NCBI GenBank assembly: GCA_024704765.1
Contig: JAKMXF010000324.1
Location: forward strand, 124,001 to 188,000
Direction: 5' to 3'
From: Oopsacas minuta
Lineage: Eukaryota; Animalia; Porifera
Length of the DNA: 64,000 bases
The notes below the pieces were generated by a model. It was not told where the DNA came from and did no database searches. It was given only the letters and a program-made list of their open reading frames with translations. Positions 33,301 to 45,900 of this stretch are shown piece after piece; the stretch's first letter is position 1, and every line of letters starts with the position of its first letter. The position numbers were made by a program, and so were the translations under genes.

Positions 33301-35480
33301 GTACAAATATGGTCACAAACCGTCAAAGTGCCGGTTATATTTATTTTCGTTACAATCAATGCGAATTATACGTTAGTTCCAGTTTATTATATTCTCGATG
33401 AATTATACTCAGTAAAAAACATGTACACAAGGTAGCCATCACATATAATTCCTTCATAAGTTTGTCTGACCGCGGTTCAAAATACTGGGACCCTCTTATA
33501 CCAAGTTTAACACCGTCTGTGGACACCTCCCGTAGACTGTAATATCCTGTGCATCCCTGCTGTATAAATGTGTCTATTTTTAGATTAAAAAGCCAGATGA
33601 CTTCGATTTTGGCGTTCCAGAAGGTGTGTTATATCAAGAGAAGGAAGTGAGGACGCAAGTTAAGGAACGCCGTAAGAAGGATAATCATAATGCTATAGAG
33701 AGGAGGAGGAGATATCATATTAATGAGAGGATAACAGATTTACTTACTCTGTTACCTTCTCATGAGGATATGAAGCCACATAAAGGTGATTATCATATTT
33801 TCACACCTTTGTTTATGAGTGCACACGCATATACTTTTGTTATTTAAATGTTGTTGCTCCGTATGACCACCAGAAACAGACCATTCGAATAGTGTCGGTT
33901 GCTCGGGTCATAACATAATTAGCTTAATCCTGTTACCATTGCCACCTGGTCCCGAAACGATAACAGGGTGTCCACACTCCATAGAATGTGTTCAAATTGG
34001 TGTTAATGGGTCTAAAATTGTTGGGAACCCCTGGTCTATGTCAGTCTAACCAACTGTCAAATTGTCCAAGCTGACAACCCATTTAATTAAGCTTATTGAC
34101 TATCATTGCATACACTTTACGAATAGAATAACAGAATAGGTAACCACGTGGAAGCCTGTATATGTCATATGGTGTGTGGGTTTTCTCAATTATTCCATTG
34201 GAATTATTGATATTTGAGAGTAATGAAGCGTTTTGAGTGCATTCATTGTCAATTATGGTATTATTGTTATTGTTATTATACATATATTAGTATACGTGGT
34301 GATTATTAGCTTTTTCTATTGTTTGGATATATTACGGTATAGTGGGTAGATTGAGTTGTCAGGTTGGGGTATGCTATATGGTACATGGGGTATACCGACA
34401 CCTCTGATTACTGTAGCCCTGTTCGCCACTCTATTTAGATTATCCTTGCAAAAGTTCATCTATTCCATGCTTAGACTTGCAAATATTGGCAAATTTATCC
34501 AATAGTATCATTAGAATGAATCATAAGTACAGTTCTAATTGACCTACCTGATTATCTGGACGTTTATGGAGGGCAAAATATAGTGTAGAATGAATAATTC
34601 CTCTAAGGGAGGCAGAGAGACAGACAGAGGGATCTGTCACCTATCTGGAGTATATTAACTGAATTCGGTTAATATCTGCTTGTCTCCAAAACGGATAATC
34701 AATTCTTGTACTCATTGTATAGGAAGAATATTCCGATAAGACTTACTTCAGTTAGTATGTACTAATTACTGTTTCCCGAGGGCAGTGACGGTTCCAGGGA
34801 GGAAGGGGGCAGACGGGGCATTCCCCTGGTTTGAAATCTTTGCCCCGGGCTATGCAAAGTCCTGTGACCCCCCCCCTGCCCGAGGGGGTAGGTCTTATCG
34901 AGTTACAATTTATACTCATTTCACCATTCGTGCTTATATTGTAGGTAAAATACTTGAGGCATCAGTTGACTACATCAAACAGCTGCAAAACGAAAGAAAA
35001 TTCTTTGAAGAAAGAGTCAAAGAATTAGAAATGATTTTAAACCAAAATAATATTCCTTTTCGGCGACACTCAGTTGATACAAATTCTGTCTCCTCAAGGG
35101 GAACCTCTCCTGCCCCCTCTCCGGTGGGGTCCAATTATTCCTCTGACGCACCCAAATCCACTGGGACCGGAAATTCACACATGGAGCCCTTCACTTTCGG
35201 GGGCGCAAAAGTAGACCTGGGGTCAAATTTATCACATGACAGTAACCAATTCGACAGTTCACACTTCCAAAGATTGTCAATTGAAACTAACCCCGGCCCG
35301 ATAAAAATGGAGAACTCCTTTTATACTAACAATTGGTCTGCTAATAATAACGAGCATGATCCGTACGGCAGACACCGCACGGACACAGAACTGACACTCA
35401 AGGGCCGTGACCGTTCCGACACTGATGTCACAATGATTGGAGACTTTGAATCGTCAATGGAGCAAACTTTGAAAAGCTAG
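30316..35480 (+). CDS. MITF: MiT/TFE-family bHLH-ZIP transcription factor (519 aa); exons 30316-30481, 30738-30904, 32726-33214, 33584-33785, 34945-35480
   Basis: N-terminal [19 protein letters not shown] (MiT/TFE N-terminal motif) and basic region [24 protein letters not shown]...KG|[14 protein letters not shown]. All four introns are GT-AG and phase-compatible. Confidence 0.88.
31790..31814. repeat. (CA)n microsatellite, about 12 units, in MITF intron 2
   Basis: Direct reading. Confidence 0.95.
34730..34905. mobile_element. Long variant of MITE family 2 in MITF intron 4
   Basis: gataagacttacttc...gtttcccgaggg[GC-rich core]cccgagggggtaggtcttatcgag. It accounts for the spurious N-terminus of ORF 34785..35480. 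Confidence 0.7.
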
Positions 35481-37099
35481 TATACCAAGACACGTGAAGT
35501 ATATTGTAAATTAATTTGGTATTTATTTTCATTGATTCTCGCCTCTCTCTGCTTCTGTCTTTTAGTGTACTCCACCATATCCCATCATTGTTGTATATTT
35601 TATAAGCTATTCGCACTTTTGTTATTCTAATAATTAATATATTATTATTATAAATGCAATATTTCTCATTTTTGGTGTCTTTTGGTATGTTTTAAGGACA
35701 GTCACAACCAACGAATATCTCCTATTCCACCCAAAAATATCCAGAAATGGAAAAATTCCAGATTTTCAAATTTCCCCTGAATAGGACCTGAAATCTCGGG
35801 GTAATCTGGGATTCCGGGTGGGTGAGCGAGTATGCATAGTTTTCGGTCATTTGTTGAGTGTCGTGTCCTGCAGAAAAGTGCAAAAATCGAAATTGTCTCC
35901 CATTTTTTTGGAAATCAATTTCCAACTATTCCCAACTCAAAATAGTATTTAGTGTCAGGTTACGCTCTGATTTATAGGGTCAGACTGGCACGAATTTCTA
36001 AGACGCCATGAGTTTTCGTTAGCGCTTCCTTGGTGGTCCACACCTGACAGCAGGATCTCAAACTTTACATTGCAGTATATGGGAGAGGGGAAGATTATTC
36101 GAATACATATTTTCATTTCTTTAAGAAATCTTAGTGTATTATTCACAAAAGTATTCTATACGTATATTAGCTCTCGTATATCACTATTGTTACTTTTCCA
36201 TAATTATTAAAACTGTGTTGAATCCTTATTAACAGTTACCACTTTATTATCGGATCAATAATTGCGACACTATTTACTGTAAATGGTATTGTTTGTTTAA
36301 CATCAAACAATCACACTATTTGTTGTTGTAGAAAACTTGCAGTTTAGTGTATGTATTCTGATACACAAGTTTGTATTCTGCATAGCTTAATAAAGCTTAT
36401 GAATTCCATTATATCACATAGCATGAATTCTTTCTGACATTTTACGGTTTTAAAACGACAATATTTGCTAATTATTTTACTATTTGAGCACTGATCTCAA
36501 CCTGTGCTTCATACACCCCCGGGTGTTCCAGGGACGACACTAGGGGTCTACAGGATCTCAATATTTGTAGTAAAGTATGTCAGATCTAAACTCTCATAGA
36601 AACTATATACAAAACTCTGTCCAGTTAACGATAACTAATCCTGAGAAATATTCGGTCTATACTAATATTATTATTATTCGAGCTTATATCCAGTTATTAA
36701 CAGCTCCTTCTTGCTGTTGGCGAGATGATGAGATCCCATTTGGCAGTTATATATTCCTCTCTGGGTGTTAAAACATAGATAACATTGGTAGAAGTATAAT
36801 AATTATCATTAATGAACTAAACCACAATATTTGAATTTCTTAGAAATTATTTGAAAAAGGAAACCTTATGGTATGTATAATATTATTTTGATATTACCAT
36901 TCTTAGTAGTACTGATTATACCTTGAATTTCAGGTCTATTACATAAGATATGATAACCCTGGATTGATACACAGAATTACTTGTATGGGTATTTATGATT
37001 CTTGATTGGACTGGGGATGATATTATCAACTTGAGCAACTCTCCCTGGGGCCTTATCTCTGATGGTTGACTCCATCATTTCCTCCACGATTTCATAGAT

Positions 37100-37349
37100 A
37101 CGATCGCTTGCTCGCGCTGCGGGGCTTGCAAAAACTTTGTGTTCGCATGGGACTCGGCACTTCGTGCCTTGAATTTAGCCAAATATACAACTTCAAAATT
37201 GAATTAATATATTCATATACCTAGTATTCGTTTACTTTCTTAGTAACACGAGACATACATAGATATGCGACATCTCATAATTGAAAATTTCGAATTCGAA
37301 ACAACATTCCATAATTCTATTCCTTGACAAAGGACAAATAATCAGACAT

Positions 37350-37391
<42 letters not shown>

Positions 37392-37467
37392 TGACAGGCA
37401 GACAGACAGACAGACAGACAGACTGACTGACTGACTGTCTGTCAAAAATAGAATTTAATAATATAGA
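37100..37467 (-). mobile_element. Non-autonomous Helitron-like element with an (ACAG)n/(ACTG)n microsatellite at 37345-37440
   Basis: The minus strand begins A|TCtatattatt, followed by the microsatellite and a GC-rich far end shared with 3040-3120 and 3995-4045. The canonical CTRR end is not preserved here. Confidence 0.55.
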
Positions 37468-37683
37468 TTCTAAAGATAATATCTCATCCTATTTGCTAAC
37501 ATTCATTACACACTACTCAATTCCCAATTGATATATCCTTATTTCTTAATAATGTATTGTGTAAGACACAGTGGATTGCATAATTGTTTAGCGCAATAAT
37601 TCCTGGATTAGATCTTAGAATAAATCTGGAAATATTTTCAAAAGTCGATTTACAAATAATTAATTTTGTTGGCAAGTTTTAGG

Positions 37684-37740
37684 GAAACATCTTGGAAAAT
37701 TTTCGGTGAAACATCTTGGAAAATTTTCGGTGAAACATCT
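37684..37740. repeat. 24-bp tandem duplication (gaaacatcttggaaaattttcggt x2.3)
   Basis: Direct reading. Confidence 0.9.
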
Positions 37741-38729
37741 CTTAAAAGTTTTAGAAGATAATTAATAATTGACTTTAGAAACCATCTGAATACGTTCTCA
37801 AGGAAAATTTGATTCTCTCAATTTACATTAATCGAATCGCAATGTAAATTTGACCCCATGACCCTTCAGAAATGGTATCAGTATAACTCTTCTATTTTTA
37901 CAGCATTTTTTCCATAGAATTTTACTCAAATTTGAATTACACTTTTGAACGAATTCTGGATTTTCTAACGTGACATGATACCATTCAATGAGAATCCTGA
38001 ATATTTTCAATCCCGAATTTTAAGATTTTTGGTGTTACTTGTTTGAATTCGTCTTTGCTGTTTTTTAACGATAGTTGGTCGGTTGTGCTTCCTTCGAATA
38101 TTAGACGCGCCTAAATTTCTAGCCCGCACTTACGCGCCTAAAGGAATTCTTAAGTTTCGCGCGCGCAATTTTTGGGCGCTCAAAACGTAGCTTTATGAAA
38201 CTAATTTTCTAAATATGGAAATTGTAAAAATTTCTTTTTCCATTCCCATACAAACCAGAGGATAAATCTCCCCCAAAATTGGTAATTATGCCTCCGAAAA
38301 GACATACACTCTGTTAATACTTTCTACTTTTTCTAACCCAAAATGTGTTCCATTCATTATAATACAATCACTATAAGTATAAGACCTTCAACCTATAATA
38401 CGTGCTAATTATAGTTTCCCTAACGGATACGTCTAATCCAAGTTACACCTTGCCTGATAACATATACATTTCCCTGGAAATGACTGACATTTTGTTCTCT
38501 AACCTTTCATAGTATCTCTAAACCAAATCAGATTTCTCTACCACTAACTTACGCTCATGTTACAAGTTCATGCTGAGAGTAAACATTATATCAATTAAAA
38601 TGCTTAGAGAATATATCAATTTTCAAACTTTACCAATGTTATGCATAAGTATGGTTTCTCCCTTTCAAAAGGGAGTTTTGGGCTGAATTCGACTATAAAA
38701 GGCTTGGCTTATTAAGGTAATTCAATTGC

Positions 38730-39707
38730 ATGGCCGCTTCTAGTAATACCTCGGTGAAAAATGTATTCATTTGTCATCCAGATGACCCGGACCCCCTAAA
38801 CGCCGCCAATGAGTACGCGCCGTACAAAAAACGAATATTCTGTGAGACTGTTACCCAGTTTGTCGAAGTGTTAAAGACCCAACCGAACATTAATGTTGTT
38901 TGTCGAACAGACATTTCTTCTGAGGAATTTGATGGAATTGAAGCGGGCGAAAGAATCAAAACATCTGACTGTATTATTGTAATTTGTTGCCCTTCACTTG
39001 TTTATTTGACGTCAGAGTCGGCACAGAGCGCACACAAATACGGCGAGAATCAAACAGTTCTTGAACTGAAAGCAATTTTAGGACAATTTCTTATAAACAA
39101 CTGCAATCGAATTATTCCTGTTTTCCTTAACTCCAGCTCAGATTCTATTGCAGATAATTTACCGGCTGAGTTAATTGCTAACACAACTTCAGTTCGCGTA
39201 TGTATAACCACGTTACCAGATGGTGAAGAGGAATTCTGGCCTGCACAGCAAAATTCCATCAATAATTTGGTAAGGATTATCCATATGAAAGCTTTCTCCG
39301 AAATTTCGCAAAGCCCTGTTTCTGGTATGGATGCAGTCGACCAAAATTGGCGCTTTCATTTTATCGATCAATACGCAATCGACTTCATTGCATGTGTCTT
39401 TGAGGAGCGGAATATATACACAGACACTGAAATAATGAAGAAATATCTAGAAATTGATTCAGAACAGAATATCGAATTCAGAGCACTATTAAGAATTTGG
39501 CTTAGAGAGCTAAGACACAGAAAAGTGAAAGTCCAGTCAGTGTTTAATGAGTTAGGACGTGTTTTAGCACAAGTAGGACGTGAGGATTTGATGTATCAAG
39601 TCAAGTTCCAGTTCGAACTTTATACAACTGAGGTCTATGAAGGGCAAAGCCTACACCGGAGCTCTTTGCAGCTAAATAAGGTGTCACATCCCCAGGCAAA
39701 ATTCTAA
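38730..39707 (+). CDS. SEFIR/TIR-like domain + C-terminal death-domain-like adaptor protein (325 aa)
   Basis: N-terminal VFICHP...VTQFVEVL...VVC...DCIIVICCP...RIIPVFL follows the SEFIR box pattern. C-terminal FRALLRIWL...ELGRVLAQVGREDL follows the death-fold end pattern. Confidence 0.65.
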   Translation: MAASSNTSVKNVFICHPDDPDPLNAANEYAPYKKRIFCETVTQFVEVLKTQPNINVVCRTDISSEEFDGIEAGERIKTSDCIIVICCPSLVYLTSESAQSAHKYGENQTVLELKAILGQFLINNCNRIIPVFLNSSSDSIADNLPAELIANTTSVRVCITTLPDGEEEFWPAQQNSINNLVRIIHMKAFSEISQSPVSGMDAVDQNWRFHFIDQYAIDFIACVFEERNIYTDTEIMKKYLEIDSEQNIEFRALLRIWLRELRHRKVKVQSVFNELGRVLAQVGREDLMYQVKFQFELYTTEVYEGQSLHRSSLQLNKVSHPQAKF

Positions 39708-40329
39708 ACATTCAACGCTTGTTTACTGCTTTTAGTTGTTATTACATTTTAATTGTTTTTGTTGGTTTGGCCGCTCTTTGCTTTGTTCTATTTATTAATT
39801 ACTTCTTAAGTTTTGCTAATGAGAAAATGCCATAAACTACAGTAAAAATGTAATCCTATTATGGTCATGATGTGTGGAATGTTAGTAATCTATTATTGCT
39901 ATTAATTTTACTCAATAATATGTAGAATTGCTGATGGGAACATTTACAATATTCTCCTGGTATTCTATGCTATGTATGTTTTAACTGTATTAGATCCGTC
40001 AGATAATCGGTTGAGATAGTTCCAATTTGTCGTTTCAATTGGCCCAATTGGTTGTACTCCCTGTGTCGTATACCAATTTCTAATTTGGACGATTCTTCAA
40101 TTGTCCTGGTGGTCTGTTAATGTACTTAATTATTCTGTGATTACACTGCTTAAAGTTGCGTATATTGTTTATTTCCTGAGTAAACATATGTAAACATCCC
40201 CAGAGGTGTGAATAATATTACTAAACCTAATCCATGATGTGTAAAAGTTCACTTTTTACATATGCCAGTGAATTTCTTGCAATTTTCCTCATCAGGGGGT
40301 ATTTATTATAAGTCTCTCTTAAACTAGAA

Positions 40330-41622
40330 ATGAAGATATTCAATTTTAAATCGAAAGATCGACATAACTCCTTATCTGTGTCGAATAGCGATGTCGCTAG
40401 CCCTGACATTAAAACTGTCAATTCGAAACAAATGATAAAATCCATTTCCGCTTTTGAAACTTCGTTACGAGAGAAAACGAGCCACTGGTCAAAATCCATC
40501 TCAGAACACTATTTACATATTCAACAAAAATTCAAAGAAAAGCATTCCAATAAACCAATTTCATCGTCACAACTTGCATCTTTCAAATCGAGGCTAGAAC
40601 TTGGAATTCACACATTCCATTCCGGGATTATTTCATCCGATCGGGAATCCATTTGGCCGTATTTGCTCGGAGTGTACCCGCTTAACATCTCACCATCCGA
40701 TAAAGTCAAATTAGCCTTCAAACTAGATAGCGAGTACACCGCAGAAAAGCACCGTTGGCAGTCGAATCCTTTAAAATCCAAATCGATTCTTGGCTTAATA
40801 TACAAAGACGTTGACAGGACAGATAGGTATACTCCATATTTTAGTGTTTCTAATGACCATCCACATTTTATCAAACTGTTCAACGTTTCGGCAACATACA
40901 TAGCGACTGATGTTCCTGATTATTCGTTATATGTCCAAGGCTTCACTGATATTGTTTCAATCTTTGTTGTAATTTTTGAGAGTGAGTCACTGGCTTATGC
41001 CTGTTTGAAGGAATTTATGGTTGATCAACTTTCCATCCTTGACCCGAAAGGTGATGCATTCTCGGCTCGTTGTGCGTTGCTAGGGTCACTAATTGAGATC
41101 CTCGATCCCGCATTTTTTCGTTTTCTAGAAGCTAATGACGCGTCTAACATGCTTTTCACGTATAGATGGTTTCTACTGAACTTGAAGAGGGAATTTACCT
41201 TCGATCAATCGATTCGTGTGTTCGAAACAGTAATAATTACTCGGCTATTAGCCGCCAAACCCGTCTCGATCTTCTTTCCCAATTTTATACCAGAAACAAA
41301 GGAATGTTCTATAGAATCACAAATACAATCCATGCAGTTTCCAGAGCATTCCAATTCCCCTCCTGGTAACGAAGCACATTTATCTGAAGCGTATAAAGAT
41401 ATTTTTACTCTATTTTTATCTTATCAATTACTAGCGATGTACAGACGCGAATTCATAAAGAAAAGACTGACAATGCCAGAAATGTGTGAGTTTTTCAGTG
41501 AAGCAAGTGGAACACACAATTTTGAAGTAATATTGAAGTTAGGGAAGAATTTATTCTCACAATATATTTGTGAGAATCTTAGTTTTGAAGCTGACAAAGA
41601 AAATGACTATGTTTATATTTAA
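40330..41622 (+). CDS. TBC-domain Rab GTPase-activating protein (TBC1D25/TBC1D15-like)
   Basis: DRESIWPYLLGVYP, IYKDVDRTDR (arginine finger), YVQG (glutamine finger) and LFTYRWFLLNLKREF. Confidence 0.92.
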   Translation: MKIFNFKSKDRHNSLSVSNSDVASPDIKTVNSKQMIKSISAFETSLREKTSHWSKSISEHYLHIQQKFKEKHSNKPISSSQLASFKSRLELGIHTFHSGIISSDRESIWPYLLGVYPLNISPSDKVKLAFKLDSEYTAEKHRWQSNPLKSKSILGLIYKDVDRTDRYTPYFSVSNDHPHFIKLFNVSATYIATDVPDYSLYVQGFTDIVSIFVVIFESESLAYACLKEFMVDQLSILDPKGDAFSARCALLGSLIEILDPAFFRFLEANDASNMLFTYRWFLLNLKREFTFDQSIRVFETVIITRLLAAKPVSIFFPNFIPETKECSIESQIQSMQFPEHSNSPPGNEAHLSEAYKDIFTLFLSYQLLAMYRREFIKKRLTMPEMCEFFSEASGTHNFEVILKLGKNLFSQYICENLSFEADKENDYVYI

Positions 41623-42489
41623 TAATTTTTGTTGAATTATTGTTACTATCTCTTATATTATTGATTCAATTGTTTGTTGATATGTTATGTATAAATTGTA
41701 AACAACATATTTTGTGTATATTTCAGTGGAGTCCAGAGGGGAAGGGTAAAGGCCCTGTTTAAGATTTCCTGCCCCAGTCACGTCAGATCCTCGATCCATC
41801 ACTAAAAATAAGAATTTGCCTCGGGTTGAAAATCCTGACACCTAGTATATATTTTACACAAAGAGTTAATAGTTTGAAATTATTCCATGAATTCCAACTT
41901 CTCTAACATAGCAACGAAGAAATACGAATTTCGATGGTCCATAAATTACAGCAGCTGGTCCACAGGATCCAATTTTTGTATTGAAGTCGATGGGAGGGTG
42001 TCCACGGGCGGAAATGCTTGCGAACTGATGGCTTAAACTTTAGCGGACAAGTGACCTTATCGAATCCTTAGCTTTTATTACAAAAGAGTAATTTCTAAAT
42101 GTTGCCACTTATATTATAGAATTACACAATCTCCAATTATTGCATAATATTCGTATTTATTATTTGACAATATATTCAATGTTGAGTGTAAGTTCTTATT
42201 CCAAATACTTTCTGTAACCTTGACAACACGATCAATTAAACTATGTAATATAAATATACTTTCAACTAAAACTGATCCAATCTAACCTAATTAACCTTCC
42301 ACGAGATTATCACTTAATAATTGGAGGCCACTTCAGTATAACTCATGGTTGATAGCAGATTCTACTCGTAATCATTTCTAGATATCAAATACACCATACA
42401 GCAATTTCTAATAATTATAATTAGCTAACCACATTGTATGAAGTTAGATTGTGTCTTATAGTACAACATTTGTACTTTCTATTACTGTT

Positions 42490-42664
42490 TCTGGTATGAT
42501 AGAGTCCCGAATAACGGACACGTTGGGGACATCGCTTCTGTCCGTTTTAGGAAGTTGTCCGCTTCTCGGAGACTGCTAAATTATTACATAAATGATTGTT
42601 AATTCATTCCGTCGTTCTAGGAGGTTTGTCCGCTTCTCGGAATCTGATTTGGGAGACTCCACTG
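42490..42664. mobile_element. Tc1/pogo-like MITE upstream of alpha-mannosidase II
   Basis: ataacggacac...gtccgcttctcgga (twice)...gagactccactg terminus; the left end is degenerate. Confidence 0.55.
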
Positions 42665-42947
42665 TGGTTCATTACCAAATTTGGTTTGATTTCCTTTGGA
42701 ATTAGTTATCATTCGCGAATGCCACAATTTTGAACATTTCAACTCCGCCGAAATTACAAAATTCAGGTTTTCTTCCTTTTTGGTAGGCCAGAGGCACAAA
42801 CATGCTATGCCCTTCCCCAAATTCCAATTTCCCGTTATTTGCTACAATCAGACTTGTTATTTCAATTATCGAAACTTTTCGAATAATCAGAAAAATTCGC
42901 CATTTTCTGTTTATAACTTTGATATTACTCTACACATCTTGTAGATC

Positions 42948-45900
42948 ATGAAGTATGCGAAGCGAGTTGCGATCCTTGCGGCATTCATAACGATCTCTCT
43001 CATTATAATCCTTTACAACTCACTCGGTTTCAAAGATTACGAATCATTGAAAGACCATAGTGATGTTGAAGAATCCATAAGTCAGATTGAAATGCGTCTC
43101 GCTAACATCCGAGAGTCTGTGCATAAATCCGCCTCTGTCCTACCAAACTTCCCAGAGATAAAACGCCCCGACAAACCGAAAGAAGAATTTAAACTGCCCG
43201 CTCCTGATCAAACAGATAAATTTCTAGAGACACATTGTGTTTCACCAAGAGGCGAGTTGTCTGGCACACGAATTTCTGAGACTTACGAAGAGATAGCATT
43301 CAACGATATTGACGGCGGCGTTTGGAAACAAGGATGGCCGGTAACATATGACGAGAGCGAATACACAGACAAGGACCCATTGGAAGTTTTCATTGTACCT
43401 CATTCCCATAACGACCCGGGTTGGATCAAAACATTTTGGGACTATTACAATTCACAAACTAGGAATATTTTGGATAATATTGTAGATATTTTGACTGAGA
43501 ATGAACAACGTAGATTCATATGGGCTGAGATTAGCTATTTAGATCTTTGGTGGAAAGAACAAAAGGAAGATAGAAAAAATAAATTCAGGAAATTGGTTCT
43601 GAATGGCCAACTTGAAATCAGTACTGCTGGGTGGGTAATGAATGACGAAGCGAACACTCACTACTCATCAATGATTGATCAGCTATTTGAGGGACACCAA
43701 TGGACAAGGGATAATATTAGCCCAAATTTTATGCCGAAGACTTCTTGGTGTATCGATCCCTTTGGTACTTCTCCAACCATGGCTTACATCTTAAATCGTG
43801 CTGGCATTCCTTATCTTGCTATGCAACGAGTTCATTATGAGGTTAAGAAGTACCTTGCTCGCCAAAAACGACTAGAATTTTCCTGGAGACAATCTTGGGC
43901 CGTTGGAACGCAAGATAGTTCAACTGATACCTTCACTCATCTCTTCCCATTTTATTCATACGATATACCTCATACTTGCGGTCCTGACCCTAAGATTTGT
44001 TGTCAATTCGATTTCAAACGGATGGCACCAGATCGTCTCACATGTCCATGGGGCATAAATGCCCGCGCGATTGATAATAATAACATACAAGAGCGTGCTA
44101 GTACCCTTGTGGACCAATATAAGAAACATTCGACACTTTATGGCACGAATAAACTATTGATAATTTTAGGTGACGACTTCAGATACCAAACCTATTCAGA
44201 GGCTCATGCACAATTTGATAACTACGAGAGGCTGTTCCAGTTTATAAATAGTAACAAAGATATGCATACTAAGATACAATGGGGGACACTTAATGAATAT
44301 TTCCAAGCAGTTATGAAAGAGAAAAATCAATTGATCGAATCGGGGTCTCCAAAAATTGAGAGTTTCCAGCCGATTTCGGGCGATTTCTTTACATATGCTG
44401 ATCGTCGTAACCATTATTGGTCAGGTTACTATACCTCGAGGCCATTCTACAAAGAAATGGATCGAGATCTTCGTTCTCACCTCAGAGCAGCCGAAATATT
44501 TTATTCACTAGCTCGCATCCAAGATACCACACGTATGGAAGGAATGTATGATATGCTAGTCACCTCGCGACAGAATGCTGCACTATTTCAACATCACGAC
44601 GGGGTGACGGGCACAGCCAAGACGTTCGTAAATAACGATTATGGAGAGAGAATGCTCACTTCACTGAAAAATTGTGAAAACGTTATTTCACAATCTACCC
44701 AAATACTTATGGGCCATCACTCAGCTGAAAATATTATCTTTGATATTGATGAACACCGTGTCAAACAAGATGGCCTACCTCAACGCATAACCATAGATAC
44801 AGGAAGTGAAGATAGGTATGTGGTGTTTGTCAATTCACTTGGTCATGAGAGAAGAGAGCTGGTTTCAATCAGAGTTAATTCGGTGCAGTTAGCTGTTTTT
44901 GGGCCTTCTGGGGAAAATATTCTCGCTCAAATTTCTCCAGCGTTTGATTTCCCTTTCCAATTACGTGACGATGCTTTCGATTTGTATTTTGAGATCACGG
45001 TCCCTCCCCTTGGTGCCAGTCAGTATAAAATTGAGAGACGAGAAAAAGGAAAATCACAAGTAACTGTTTCAAAATTATATTTTCATAATCATGCAGAATT
45101 CAAATCAAATACTTTTACAACAGAGCCTATTTCCGATTCTGAGATTTCTTTTGAAAATAGTTACATAACAGCTACGTTTACCCGTAACCAAGCAACTTTA
45201 ACCGCGGTTCATTCATCCGAATTCAACACCAAGGTAATTATTGAGTTTTTAACATACATAAGTAATTTTAATTCAAGAGATGATAGATCTGGCGCCTATT
45301 TATTCATACCAATTGGGTCTGCGAAAATTTTCAGAGACATGAACAGTCCAAATGTCTTCGTCCAGAGGGGGGAATTAATTTCCAAGATTTGCGGGCGATT
45401 TCTATATTTAACGCATTGTAGCTCGCTTATACATACGAAATCAATCGAAGCGACATCTGTACAGTTTGAGAATTATATCAATCTTATTGTCGATAATGAA
45501 GAAGTAGTTATGCGATTAAAGACCTCAGTTAAAAGCAAAGGAGAGAACTATTTTTATACAGATTTGAATGGTTTAACCGTCCAGAGAAGGAAATATCATT
45601 CTAAACTGGGTATACAAGGAAATTTTTATCCTATGCCAACACTCGCTTACATCGAAGACATCAACACTCGAGTGTCGATTCATTCCAAACAATCTTTGGG
45701 AGTTGGGAGTTTGGAGAACGGCTGCATTGAGGTCATGTTGGATAGAAGGCCAATTTATGATGATAGTAGAGGGCTGGAACAAGGCGTGACGGATAATAAA
45801 GCAATAGTAGGTAAATTCAGATTACATGTTGAATATTCACAACAGGGAATAAAAGAAGCAAACTCAGAATTATCGTTTCCATCTTTGGTTTCTCAAATCA

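Noticed and set aside
34785-34944. N-terminus of ORF 34785..35480
   Set aside because: It is MITE-derived intron sequence; the real exon starts at the 34945 acceptor, completing KG|KILEAS.
18270-37740. Tandem arrays considered as CRISPR-like (18270-18445, 22330-22470, 37684-37740)
   Set aside because: The units are contiguous with no unique spacers, there are no cas genes, and the context is eukaryotic.
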